Positions 18,805 to 27,799 of a stretch of 40,006 nt of DNA are shown in pieces. A model generated the notes under the pieces. The model was not told the DNA's origin and ran no database searches. It saw only the letters and a list, made by a program, of their open reading frames with translations. A program made the translations under genes and the position numbers. The DNA comes from Thermomicrobiales bacterium (GTDB lineage: Bacteria; Chloroflexota; Chloroflexia; Thermomicrobiales; JALYUS01), in NCBI GenBank assembly GCA_038230615.1, contig JBBRMX010000003.1, forward strand, positions 1 to 40,006, given 5' to 3'. Every line of letters starts with the position of its first letter. Position 1 is the stretch's first letter.

Positions 18805-19899
18805 TTACGGCGTTGAAGTGGGTGCTACTTTTGCGGTCGGCGCACGCGGCGGCAGCGGGTCTGGTGTGTTGACAGATGTTGCGGCACTCACAGTCGTTGG
18901 CGTGGGGTTACTCGGCACCGGGGTTGGCGGCACCGGAGTATTTGTTGGTTGCGGCGTCGCGGTAGCGGGTTCGTCAGTGGCGGTCGGGCGGGGCGTTTTC
19001 GTGACAGTAGGAATCGCGGTCACCGTCACAATTGGTGTGCTGGTTGCGGTGGGGGTAGCGGCGAGGAGGGCATACCGCCACTGGAAGTAGTGCTGCCCGA
19101 TGTTCCCGAACTCTACTTGAAATGCGGCGGGATTGCTGGCGGTGTAGGTCAGGACGCGTCGCTGGAATGCCTGCACAATCACCGCCGTGTTCGCCTTGCC
19201 GCCCACCTGTACCGACGCTTGAAAGGGCGGAGTGATCGGATACCCGAGGGCATTTTCGTACCCACCGGGGACGCGCTGGAGGAAATCGTTGAAGGCTTTC
19301 GGGACATTCTGCCCGAACCGCCCTGCGGGATCGGTGAGATATGCGGCGAACACCGCCTGTGGATCGGTGGATGCGGCACCGCTGGCAAAGGTGTTCGCGG
19401 TGTTGTCGTACCGCAGCGAGACTGCGCCGGTATCACGGAGCGATTTCTCCGGCAACCCGCCGAGCGATGCATAGGTTGGTCCCGGTTGCCCCGGATCGCC
19501 CGCAATGCCGATAGCAGCGGGGCTGAATGGCTGAAATGCATTGTCGCCCGTCTGCAACATGCCGCTCTTGAGTTCCACCGTGAGCAAGCCGTTCGTAACC
19601 GTGCCTGTGGCGGTCTTCGTCTGCTCCATGCGTGCTTTATCGAAATACTGCACGAGGCGCGTCCCGGTTTGCCCGTTGTAGTTGCCTTCGAGATACGGTT
19701 CGATCTGCGCGTCCCGTGCGGTGCTGAGCGGTCCCCAGAAATTCGGGATGACCCCTTCGGTGCTGTTCCATTGCTGTGTAAATGCGGGCGTTGCATACTG
19801 GTTCGCACTTTGCGTCGGGGTGGGAAGAAGCACGACGAGGGCGGCAACTACGCCGAGTGTCGCCATCCCGCTTATGAGCATCCGCTGCCGCCGTATCAC
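18805..19899 (-). CDS. Exported protein with conserved uncharacterised domain and Pro/Thr-rich tail (paralogue 2)
   Basis: GTG start after GGAGG; RR plus hydrophobic signal; colinear with 17736-18770 over about 245 aa. Confidence 0.8.
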   Translation of the reverse strand: MIRRQRMLISGMATLGVVAALVVLLPTPTQSANQYATPAFTQQWNSTEGVIPNFWGPLSTARDAQIEPYLEGNYNGQTGTRLVQYFDKARMEQTKTATGTVTNGLLTVELKSGMLQTGDNAFQPFSPAAIGIAGDPGQPGPTYASLGGLPEKSLRDTGAVSLRYDNTANTFASGAASTDPQAVFAAYLTDPAGRFGQNVPKAFNDFLQRVPGGYENALGYPITPPFQASVQVGGKANTAVIVQAFQRRVLTYTASNPAAFQVEFGNIGQHYFQWRYALLAATPTATSTPIVTVTAIPTVTKTPRPTATDEPATATPQPTNTPVPPTPVPSNPTPTTVSAATSVNTPDPLPPRAPTAKVAPTSTP

Positions 19900-20015
19900 T
19901 GTACTCTTCCTCCCCGTACAACTGCACCTCGCCGTGTACTTACCATAATATCCGTACCAACGCAACCGTACGGGGGAGCGAGGCGAGGAGCCTCGCCCCA
20001 TAGTTCGGGGTGTTA

Positions 20016-20723
20016 CTAGCCGCGCCGCTGCTCGAAGCGGGCGAGTTGCTCTTCGGAAAGGGAGACATGGACAGTGCCGCTCCCTAGCGAAGCGATAAAC
20101 TGCGTGGGGATGCGATATTCTTTGCCGCCGAATAGCCCATGCCGGACGATGATCTCCGTGACTTTATTTGTACGCGGATCCACGACGAGTTCTTGTATGG
20201 GCCCGATGGTTTCACCGTGTGCCTTGACATCGGTACCGGTGTCGAGGAAAAGACGGTCGGGGCGGGATTCCGCCATCATTTCGTCGGTGTTGCCTGCGGC
20301 AATATTGGTGGTTGGTTGCGTGCTACCCGCGCTGGCGGGGCGCATCATGCCCGGTTCGTAATTAGCGGCGGGCCAGAGCATTGTCGCGCCACCGCCGATT
20401 GCCATGTCCGGGATCATGCCTGCGCCTCCAAAGCCGCCGGAGTACATCCCGTCCGGCACGGGGACATACGCGACCTGCTCGAACGCGGGCAATCTCCCCA
20501 CCTGATCGGCGGTCATCCGTAGATGAATCTCGTGTTCATCGTCATTTCCGACGCGATCTTGCACCTCTCCGAGAGAAATAATCACATCGTGCATGACGAA
20601 GAACCCACTGTGAATGACGAACTCCTGCACTTCGTTCGTGCGGGGGTCTATTACGAGACGGTCAATTTTGCCGATTTCCTGCTTATCCGACGTATAGACT
20701 TTCGCACCGAGGTTGAATCGCAT
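20016..20723 (-). CDS. PRC-barrel domain protein (two barrels)
   Basis: GAKVYTSD..EIGKIDRLVIDP and GTDVKA.GETIG.IQELVVDP repeats; AGGAGG RBS. Confidence 0.85.
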   Translation of the reverse strand: MRFNLGAKVYTSDKQEIGKIDRLVIDPRTNEVQEFVIHSGFFVMHDVIISLGEVQDRVGNDDEHEIHLRMTADQVGRLPAFEQVAYVPVPDGMYSGGFGGAGMIPDMAIGGGATMLWPAANYEPGMMRPASAGSTQPTTNIAAGNTDEMMAESRPDRLFLDTGTDVKAHGETIGPIQELVVDPRTNKVTEIIVRHGLFGGKEYRIPTQFIASLGSGTVHVSLSEEQLARFEQRRG

Positions 20724-20801
20724 CGCATTTCCTCCTAGTATCTCGTCCGACGGGATGTTCCTTCCCCATTGTTCGCAAGAATGCCGCCACGCCCGCACAA
20801 T

Positions 20802-20830
20802 TTGACGCGGGGCGAGAGCGGCGGTACACT
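20802..20830 (+). promoter_or_regulatory. Promoter of the SRP RNA
   Basis: TTGACG-N17-TACACT, ending 7 nt before the terminal stem. Confidence 0.75.
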
Positions 20831-20837
20831 TCCGTAT

Positions 20838-21003
20838 GACCCTGTGGGACTGCCGCTGTGGAGCGGTGTTGAGAGAAAAGGTCCCGCGCGTCAGGAGACT
20901 ACGAACCCCGTCAGGGCCGGAAGGCAGCAGCGGTAAGAAGACCCTTCTGAGCGACGCGGGGGTGCCTAGCTTGAGTCGTGAAGCGACGGCAAGCCGCAGG
21001 GTT
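20838..21003 (+). ncRNA. ffs: Signal recognition particle RNA
   Basis: Helix-8 core GTCAGGGCCGGAAGGCAGCAGC at 20910-20931 inside nested stems, closed by GACCCTGTGG/CCGCAGGGTT; flanked by a promoter and a terminator. Confidence 0.93.
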
Positions 21004-21022
21004 TGCTCCCAAAGACCATCAC

Positions 21023-21059
21023 AAAACCCGCCGGGGCGATTGCCTCCGGCGGGTTTTTT
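21023..21059. terminator. Bidirectional rho-independent terminator
   Basis: AAAACCCGCCGG...CCGGCGGGTTTTTT between convergent ffs and the membrane protein gene. Confidence 0.85.
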
Positions 21060-21084
21060 GGTGGGAGCATGTGTGCGGGCGCGG

Positions 21085-21612
21085 CTACTTTTTGGCAGCG
21101 GCGCGGCGATTGGCGCGGTTTGCGGGGTCGGCGCGTTCGAGGCGTTGTTCGCGTTCAGCGCGGGCAGTCGTGCCACTTCGGGTGTTCGAGGTGAGCGCAG
21201 CGGCAGCGGCACTGCCGGGTCGCAGATAGGCGCGACGGCGTTGTTCTTTGCGGTATGCAGCGACCCGTGGCGGGTATTTCACTCGCAGCCACCAGAGGGT
21301 GTAGCCCATCAGGGCGAGCGCGGCGATCATGCTGACATAGAGCCAGAGTTCCCATCCCAAGAAATTCAGCCCCACATAGCGGCAAACAAAAAATGCCAGC
21401 CCTACCATCCAGCCCCACATGGCGCGGTACGTGATCTTATGCAGCGTCGTGCGGTGTAGGCGATGCTCCCCGAAGATGCGGTTGACCGAGTTATTCAGCA
21501 CCACCGTGGCGATCAACCCAACGGTGAAAAACGCGAGAAAGAAGATCGTCCACGGGTTCCATGTTTGTTCGCTCGATGGCACACTCGATAGATAATTCCA
21601 CAGATTGCCCAC
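21085..21612 (-). CDS. Hypothetical membrane protein (about 3 TM helices, basic C-terminal tail)
   Basis: Hydrophobic segments; GGGGGAG RBS; TGCTATACT extended -10 upstream. Confidence 0.75.
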   Translation of the reverse strand: MGNLWNYLSSVPSSEQTWNPWTIFFLAFFTVGLIATVVLNNSVNRIFGEHRLHRTTLHKITYRAMWGWMVGLAFFVCRYVGLNFLGWELWLYVSMIAALALMGYTLWWLRVKYPPRVAAYRKEQRRRAYLRPGSAAAAALTSNTRSGTTARAEREQRLERADPANRANRRAAAKK

Positions 21613-21772
21613 GCTGTTCTCCCCCGCACACGCTCCGTGTCTGGTACATTCCGGCTGATGGCGGGCAGTATAGCATAGGGGGCGGGGCGCATCACGCGCC
21701 GTGGGGATACGCGCATGGGCGGCATCGCAACGACGGCGAACCTACTACAGATTGAGAACGGGGGAAAACGAC

Positions 21773-22546
21773 GTGCCGACTCACGGTCCACAACTGGCGG
21801 AGATGACGGCGGCGGCGGTAGCGGCGGGTGGCTATGACGCGGCAGTAATCGGCGTAGGCGCGACGGAGTATCACGGCGACCATCTCCCGTATGGGTCGGA
21901 CACATTGATCGCGCACGAACTCGCGCTGCGGGTCGCGGCGGCGATACCAGCGATGCTCGTACTCCCGCCTATCGCGCACGGGATGAGTTTGCACCATCTG
22001 ACATTTCCGTGGACGCTCTCGGTGCGCCCGGAGACGCTCACTGCGATGCTCTACGACATCGCTGCTAGCCTGCACCGAGGCGGCATCACGAAGTTGCTCG
22101 TCGTTACCGCGCACGACGGCAATCTTGGCCCCGTCCATGTCGCAGCGCGGCATCTGCACCACGATCTCGGAATGCACCTTGCAGCGATGCTTGGCTGGCA
22201 GGGGCGGGCGCAGGCAGCACTTGCCCGCGAGGGGTTCGCGGTGGACCTCGATCACGCGGGGCAATCCGAAACTGGTGCGGTCGCCGCGATTGCGCCGCAT
22301 CTCGTCCGTCTGGATGCTGCCCGCGACGAACCGAACGAACCAACGGGGTTGCCCGTTGTGGTCTTCGGGGCATACAGGCAACTCGCGGCGGCGGGTTTCG
22401 GCGGCGCGGCGACACAGGGCAACGCGGCGGACGGCGAACGCATCCTCGATGCAGCAGTGCGGGATGTGCTCCCCTTTCTGCACGCGCTGTACGATAATGG
22501 CTGGCAACCGGGAGAATGGATGCGGGAATGGGGAGATCGGTCGTAG
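21773..22546 (+). CDS. Creatininase family amidohydrolase
   Basis: TEYHGDHLPYGSD, SLHH..FP.TL, AHDGN and DHAGQSET motifs. Confidence 0.88.
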   Translation: MPTHGPQLAEMTAAAVAAGGYDAAVIGVGATEYHGDHLPYGSDTLIAHELALRVAAAIPAMLVLPPIAHGMSLHHLTFPWTLSVRPETLTAMLYDIAASLHRGGITKLLVVTAHDGNLGPVHVAARHLHHDLGMHLAAMLGWQGRAQAALAREGFAVDLDHAGQSETGAVAAIAPHLVRLDAARDEPNEPTGLPVVVFGAYRQLAAAGFGGAATQGNAADGERILDAAVRDVLPFLHALYDNGWQPGEWMREWGDRS

Positions 22547-22600
22547 TGTCGTATCTGCGAACGACGCACGCACGACTACTGGCTATTCAAGGAGGTACAT

Positions 22601-22810
22601 ATGGTCGGCACCAGTTTCGTCAAGCCTACCAAGATGCTGACAATTGCAGAGGCAGCGGAACGGGCGGGCGTAGACGCGAAGACGATCAAACGCGCGATCC
22701 GCTCGAAGGAATTGCTGGCGCGGCGGGCGGGAATGCGAACCCTTGTGCCGCTTCCTGCATTATCGCTCTGGCAAGCGCATTATTGGGGAGCAATAGGCGC
22801 GGAGAACTGA
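22601..22810 (+). CDS. Excisionase-like (HTH_17/MerR-type) DNA-binding protein
   Basis: LTIAEAAERAGV..KTIKRAIRSKEL.A pattern; AAGGAGG RBS. Confidence 0.8.
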   Translation: MVGTSFVKPTKMLTIAEAAERAGVDAKTIKRAIRSKELLARRAGMRTLVPLPALSLWQAHYWGAIGAEN

Positions 22811-22947
22811 GCGGCTTGTCTTCTTCCCGTTGCCTGTCGCAGGGCGATAGACTATCGTGACACTGCCGCGACATTGACGCCCCCGCGATCTGTCCGTATC
22901 CTTGCATGTCACGCTGATGCGCGATGCGACGACCATGCAGGAGGGGA

Positions 22948-24114
22948 ATGGCTTTGGCAGTGGATGTAACACAACTCGAATTTACCACCGAAATGGCGAC
23001 CGCGTGCCGCCACGCGGGGCGCAATGATCTATGCCCGCACGGCAGCGAACGCAAGGTAAAGCAATGTCCCTGCCCCGTCTTGCGCTCCACCACGCAGCAG
23101 GCGGTGCCGTGGGAGATCGAGAAGACGGTGGGCGAAGACATGGCAGTCTTCATGCTCGCGCAACGCTTCAGCGACACCCTCCCCAAAGCGTGGGGCGAGT
23201 TCACCGACGGCGATACATGGCCCGGCTCGGTGCAGACGCTCTTTACGACCAAAGACCAACTGACGGTGGCGCGGTATGTGGACTGGTTCCTGCGCGGCTA
23301 CCCAATGGAGCGATACCGCGACCAAACCCCCGCCGAACTCTTCGCCGCCGAGCGTTCCGACCGCATCGGTCCGGCAGGCCGGCGAGCGGCGGCGGCATAC
23401 TCCCAGAGTGTCCCCGCCCTCTTGCGCGTCGAGGAATATACGAAAGACGAATTGTTGCGCGTCCATGATCTTCTGAACGACCGCGATTTCGACGTGATGC
23501 TTACGCCCGACATCGAGATGCCCGCCGAGATGGCGAACGGCTGGCTGCTGTGGAGCTTCGTGTATACACTCGACGGCAAGGCGCGGGTGTCGCCCGCCGG
23601 GGTCGCGGTGCCAGCCGCCGGAGAAACCGAGATGACCGACGCCACCCGCGCCCTCGTCGGTGCGACGCCGGACACTGCCACGCTCCGCAATGCCTTTCCC
23701 GCCCTGATCCGGCGCGGTGTGGAAATCACGAAGGCACTGGAGAAAGCCGATACCGCCCAATGGACGCACGCCGTCTACACTGCCGCAGACCCCGATGCTG
23801 CCATCGAAACGCTGCGTGCGGACGCCGATCTCGCCCCGTACGCGGGCAAAGAGGTGTTACCGCGTGCCGCAACTGCCTTCGCGTGGGCGGTGCCGGAAAG
23901 CGACGCGCATGCCGATGGTGAGCGGTTCGTTGCGGTCGCGGCGGGGCGCGTTGTACTTGCGGCGTCCTCGGCGGCATTGCTTACGGAAAGCCGCGCCGCG
24001 ATGGAAACCAAACTCGGCGACGCCGCGACCTTCGTTATTGAGTCCGACGAGCCGACCGTCGTGCTGCTACGCCGCTCATGGCAACCCAAGGCTACCGACG
24101 CCACTGCGGAATAG
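22948..24114 (+). CDS. SEC-C-like metal-binding motif protein
   Basis: GRNDLCPHGSERKVKQCPC near the N-terminus; AGGAGG RBS; remainder uncharacterised. Confidence 0.75.
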   Translation: MALAVDVTQLEFTTEMATACRHAGRNDLCPHGSERKVKQCPCPVLRSTTQQAVPWEIEKTVGEDMAVFMLAQRFSDTLPKAWGEFTDGDTWPGSVQTLFTTKDQLTVARYVDWFLRGYPMERYRDQTPAELFAAERSDRIGPAGRRAAAAYSQSVPALLRVEEYTKDELLRVHDLLNDRDFDVMLTPDIEMPAEMANGWLLWSFVYTLDGKARVSPAGVAVPAAGETEMTDATRALVGATPDTATLRNAFPALIRRGVEITKALEKADTAQWTHAVYTAADPDAAIETLRADADLAPYAGKEVLPRAATAFAWAVPESDAHADGERFVAVAAGRVVLAASSAALLTESRAAMETKLGDAATFVIESDEPTVVLLRRSWQPKATDATAE

Positions 24115-24199
24115 CAAAACCCAACCGTATCTTCCCCCTCCCGCAGCGACAACTGGAGGGGTTTCGTTTGCCGCCGAAACAATGGACGGCGGCAAGCCA

Positions 24200-24430
24200 C
24201 TACGGCTTCCCGAAGCGGTCGGTATTCTCGTACGGTTCCCATTCGCCGGTCTGGGGGTTCTTTGCATACTGCATCTCGACCGCTGCCCATGCGACGCGGT
24301 GCGCTTGCGATTCGTCGCCGTCGTATCGTTCGTACGCGCTGTTGTAGGCGGCAAGATAAATTTCTTCGGCGTGATGCGGCAGGTGTTCCTGTACCGCTGG
24401 GGGCAATTCGTGCAACTCTTTATAGGGCAT
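24200..24430 (-). CDS. chaB: ChaB family protein
   Basis: MPY...ELP..V..HLP.HA.EIY..AYNSA...AHRVAWAAV..Y pattern. Confidence 0.88.
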   Translation of the reverse strand: MPYKELHELPPAVQEHLPHHAEEIYLAAYNSAYERYDGDESQAHRVAWAAVEMQYAKNPQTGEWEPYENTDRFGKP

Positions 24431-24547
24431 CGTGGTTCCTTCCGGTATCGGTGCGAATCCCATCATTGTTCGCACCTGCAGAAGGCGTGCCAGCAAAAAT
24501 GAAAAGACGGATACCCGCCCGCAGCGTACCCGTCCGTAGCAGGAGAG

Positions 24548-25429
24548 TTACCGTTTCGTGCCGATGCCGAGGATGTCCGCGATATTCGCGCCCTTGTCTA
24601 CCACAGGCGTGATCTGCCCCGTCGCGGAGGCAAGCAGGCAGGTAACACCGGGACCATGCCCCGCAAGGTTGCTGTCTGCGTGCGCGATGATGCCAATCGT
24701 GACCGCCCCGGTGCGGTAGTACCGCCCGAAGGTGCTGTCCGCGTTCTCAATCGCGACGAGATCGCCCAAGCGAATATCACCAAGCCCGTACTGCGCGACC
24801 GTTTCGGGGTCGAACATCGTGATGTCGTAGTCGCCACGAAAGCCGTTGTCGCGTCCCAAACCGCTCCCCATGATGCCCGCCGGGACGATCTTCGCTACCG
24901 GGACGGCGAGTGTCCCGCCCTGCTCAGAGATGCCCCACTTCTCGACGAACTGCGGGTTGAGGCTCATCACGCGCACTGCGGGATAGTCGGTGAATTGCAA
25001 CCCGACACCGAACGCACGGATGAGCATTTTGTCCCCGATAGTCAGTTTGTCCAGCGTCGCATCAGGGAAATCTACCATCACATGCTCGATGCCGCCGTGC
25101 TTGCCTGTCACGATGCCGACGCCGCCTTTCGCATCGCCCGTAATGACCCGTACCTCGTTGCCGATGGTGGCAAAGACATTGAGTGCGCCTGCCTGCCGCT
25201 CGTCCGGGTTCCGCATCGAGACGCACGGCTCCACATGGTCGCCCGCCCACCCGCATGCAGGGTGTCCGACACGCACATTGTAGGTAATGCCGCCGCTACT
25301 GGCGAGCACGCGCGGCACACCATCGTACCCGATGCGATAGGGTGACATCGGCGGCACACCGGGGCTACTCACCTCACCCGTAACGGACAATTCCACCAGT
25401 TGCGCGGCATTCATCGTCGGGATACTCAT
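24548..25429 (-). CDS. DUF4438 domain protein
   Basis: GGITYNV, GDHVEP.VS, TGKHGGIEHV, GDYDI and AGHGPGVT motifs. Confidence 0.8.
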   Translation of the reverse strand: MSIPTMNAAQLVELSVTGEVSSPGVPPMSPYRIGYDGVPRVLASSGGITYNVRVGHPACGWAGDHVEPCVSMRNPDERQAGALNVFATIGNEVRVITGDAKGGVGIVTGKHGGIEHVMVDFPDATLDKLTIGDKMLIRAFGVGLQFTDYPAVRVMSLNPQFVEKWGISEQGGTLAVPVAKIVPAGIMGSGLGRDNGFRGDYDITMFDPETVAQYGLGDIRLGDLVAIENADSTFGRYYRTGAVTIGIIAHADSNLAGHGPGVTCLLASATGQITPVVDKGANIADILGIGTKR

Positions 25430-25893
25430 TGTTTGTCCTCCGATATAGGGAAATACTTGGTGTGCTCCACCCAGAAGTCACACGCACCTTCGTAGATGAC
25501 CCGATACAATCCCCTGAATTGTTCCGGCGTAATGCCGTCACGCAAGAAGTACTGTTGGTCAAGGATAATTTGCCCCGTTACCCCTTGATCGTGTTCTTCG
25601 CGGTAGCGATATGCCTTCGGCCATCGCGTGGATGCATTCCACACGTTGCATCGGCTTATTGCCTCACCCCATTGCGCCTCTGCGATTTTCACATTGGTAT
25701 ATGCATTCAGGCGAAGAATGATTCGTTCCTCGCCATCTATTGCACCGACAAGGGACATTTCACAGGGAATGTATTCGGTTGGGAAAAATCGCACGCGGCA
25801 GTACGGCGGTGTATCGTTGATGTGCACGCCGCCATGTTCGAGCCGTAGACACGTTGCGATCATATCGAGATCCAGCGGTACGAGATCAGACAC
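25426..25893 (-). CDS. YbjN-domain (T3SS-chaperone-like fold) protein
   Basis: CNVWNASTRWPKAY motif; GTG start after GAGGG; ATGA overlap with the downstream gene. Confidence 0.65.
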   Translation of the reverse strand: MSDLVPLDLDMIATCLRLEHGGVHINDTPPYCRVRFFPTEYIPCEMSLVGAIDGEERIILRLNAYTNVKIAEAQWGEAISRCNVWNASTRWPKAYRYREEHDQGVTGQIILDQQYFLRDGITPEQFRGLYRVIYEGACDFWVEHTKYFPISEDKQ

Positions 25894-25913
25894 AGAACCC
25901 TCACTAGTGGTTT

Positions 25914-26099
25914 TCAATAGCAGCACGAGTCTTTGAAACCACAGTTGGTGCAGATCGAGGCGGTGCCGCCGCGCAAGGCGGGCATGGCGTAGCCGCAACG
26001 CGGGCAGGGTTGCGTCAGTTGCGGCTCCGTCCGCAGCGAGAGGGTACGCGGCACAGCGTGCGAGACGGGGAGCGGGCGGGGAATCGGGGTGTCTGCCAT
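25914..26099 (-). CDS. Small zinc-ribbon protein (61 aa)
   Basis: CPRCG...CTNCGFKDSCCY; AGGAGGT RBS. Confidence 0.75.
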   Translation of the reverse strand: MADTPIPRPLPVSHAVPRTLSLRTEPQLTQPCPRCGYAMPALRGGTASICTNCGFKDSCCY

Positions 26100-26133
26100 C
26101 GCGGGATACCTCCTTCGGTCACTTCTCCATTGG

Positions 26134-26162
26134 AGAATAAAGAGCAGGGCAGGGCGCGTCAA
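26134..26162 (-). promoter_or_regulatory. Putative promoter of the zinc-ribbon/YbjN/DUF4438 operon
   Basis: TTGACG-N17-TATTCT. Confidence 0.65.
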
Positions 26163-26230
26163 GCGGCGGACGGCTGTGGTACTATGCTTTCACTGTGTTC
26201 GTGCAAATATGACCAAGGAACGGCAACAGC

Positions 26231-27277
26231 ATGGCGGAATTTCACTACGGCGGGCAGGCGGTGATGGAGGGCGTCATGATGCGCGGCAGAAGCGACATGG
26301 CGGTCGCCGTGCGTGCCGAAGATGGGCGCATCCTTTACTATCAAGAGCCGCTTACATCGTGGGTTTATACCTCGCGCATTATGAAACTGCCCTTTCTGCG
26401 CGGCATCGTCCTTCTGTGGGATGCACTGCTGCTCGGCACCCGCGCCCTCGTCTTCTCCGCGAATGTCGGCTTGCAAGAGGAAGGCGACGCGCCCGGAACG
26501 ACTGTCACCGCCGATGTCGTGCCGACGATCATCCCCAACCCCGACAAAAAGGGCGAAGGCCCGCAGGAGTTGAGCGGCATCGCCCTCTGGGGAACGGTGG
26601 CGTTTTCGCTGCTGTTCGGTATCGCGCTCTTTTTCGTACTGCCGCTCATCCTTGTGCGCTTCCTCGATCAGCACATCGCCTCGTCGTTCGTAGCGAACCT
26701 GATCGAGGGGGCATTCCGGCTCGGTATCCTCGTGCTTTATCTCGGTCTGATCGGGCGCGTGCCGGATATTCAGCGTGTCTTTCGGTATCACGGCGCGGAA
26801 CACAAGACGATTCACGCCTACGAGCGCGGCTTGCCGCTCGATGCCGAGCATATCCGCCCGATGCCGATTGAGCATCCGCGCTGCGGCACGGGATTTCTGC
26901 TCGTCGTGCTGCTCTTTTCTATCGTCGTCTTCTCGCTACTTGGTCGCCCGCCGTTCCTCATTCGCATCTTGTCTCGTATCCTGCTTGTGCCGTTTATTGC
27001 GGGGGTAGCATACGAATTCCTCAAGTTGGGCGCGAAGTATTACCATGTCCGGCTCGTACGGCTGCTCCTTGCACCGAGTATGGCACTGCAGAAATTGACG
27101 ACGCGCACACCGGACGACGGGATGTTGGAAGTCGCGGCAGTCGCGCTGCGCCGGGTGCTGGTCGCTGACGACATGCTCGCTGCCCGCACGCTCGCCGATG
27201 ACGGCATTCGCGCCGATCAAAAAGGCATCCCTGTTGCCCGCCCCGCCCTGCTCGCCACCCCCGCCGCCGATGGCTGA
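26231..27277 (+). CDS. DUF1385 (YqhQ-like) membrane protein
   Basis: YGGQAVMEGVMM, YHGAEHKTI, HPRCGT and LQKLTT motifs. Confidence 0.92.
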   Translation: MAEFHYGGQAVMEGVMMRGRSDMAVAVRAEDGRILYYQEPLTSWVYTSRIMKLPFLRGIVLLWDALLLGTRALVFSANVGLQEEGDAPGTTVTADVVPTIIPNPDKKGEGPQELSGIALWGTVAFSLLFGIALFFVLPLILVRFLDQHIASSFVANLIEGAFRLGILVLYLGLIGRVPDIQRVFRYHGAEHKTIHAYERGLPLDAEHIRPMPIEHPRCGTGFLLVVLLFSIVVFSLLGRPPFLIRILSRILLVPFIAGVAYEFLKLGAKYYHVRLVRLLLAPSMALQKLTTRTPDDGMLEVAAVALRRVLVADDMLAARTLADDGIRADQKGIPVARPALLATPAADG

Positions 27278-27746
27278 GCCGGAGAACGCGCCGCAGATCG
27301 AGGTGCGCCGCGCCGATAGCCCGCAAGACCGGCAGGCATGTTACGCCATCCGTGCCGCCGTCTTCGCGCAGGAGCAGGGCGTACGCGGGGCAGAGCGCGG
27401 CGACCGCGACGATGCGACCGCAATTCATGCCCTCGCCCTTGTGGACGGCGTCCCCGCCGGTACGGGTAGGCTGCATCTCGTCCGCACAAAAGACGGCCCG
27501 GAAGGGCAGATCGCATGGGTGAGCGTGCTGTCACAGTTCCGGCGTGGCGGCGTGGCGACAGCGGTGATGCAGCACCTGATGACCTCCGCAGTCGAACTGA
27601 AACTACCATACGTCGTCCTGAACGCGCAGACCTACGCCGTGGGGTTGTACGAGTTTTTCGGCTTCGTGCCGGTCGGCCCGCCATACACAATGGCGAATAT
27701 CTCACATCAGATGATGGTTTCGTACCTCGTGCCGCACCCCGAATAG
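27270..27746 (+). CDS. GNAT N-acetyltransferase (ElaA/YjcF-like)
   Basis: IRAAVFAQEQGV, GTGRL, FRRGGVA and LNAQ..A..LY..FGF motifs. Confidence 0.88.
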   Translation: MAEPENAPQIEVRRADSPQDRQACYAIRAAVFAQEQGVRGAERGDRDDATAIHALALVDGVPAGTGRLHLVRTKDGPEGQIAWVSVLSQFRRGGVATAVMQHLMTSAVELKLPYVVLNAQTYAVGLYEFFGFVPVGPPYTMANISHQMMVSYLVPHPE

Positions 27747-27799
27747 CCCGACCATTTCCCCCGGTGAGCACGGCACCCACATCGCGCAGGAAGAGTTCT

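Noticed and set aside
21773-22546. Creatininase-family gene as mycofactocin MftE
   Set aside because: No mftA-D/F genes or precursor peptide in the window
22601-22810. Excisionase as a sign of a prophage or integrative element
   Set aside because: No integrase, att-like repeats, tRNA target or phage genes nearby
25914-25916. TGA after CCY as a second Sec codon
   Set aside because: No convincing SECIS-like hairpin or motif continuation, and the next gene's RBS and start follow immediately
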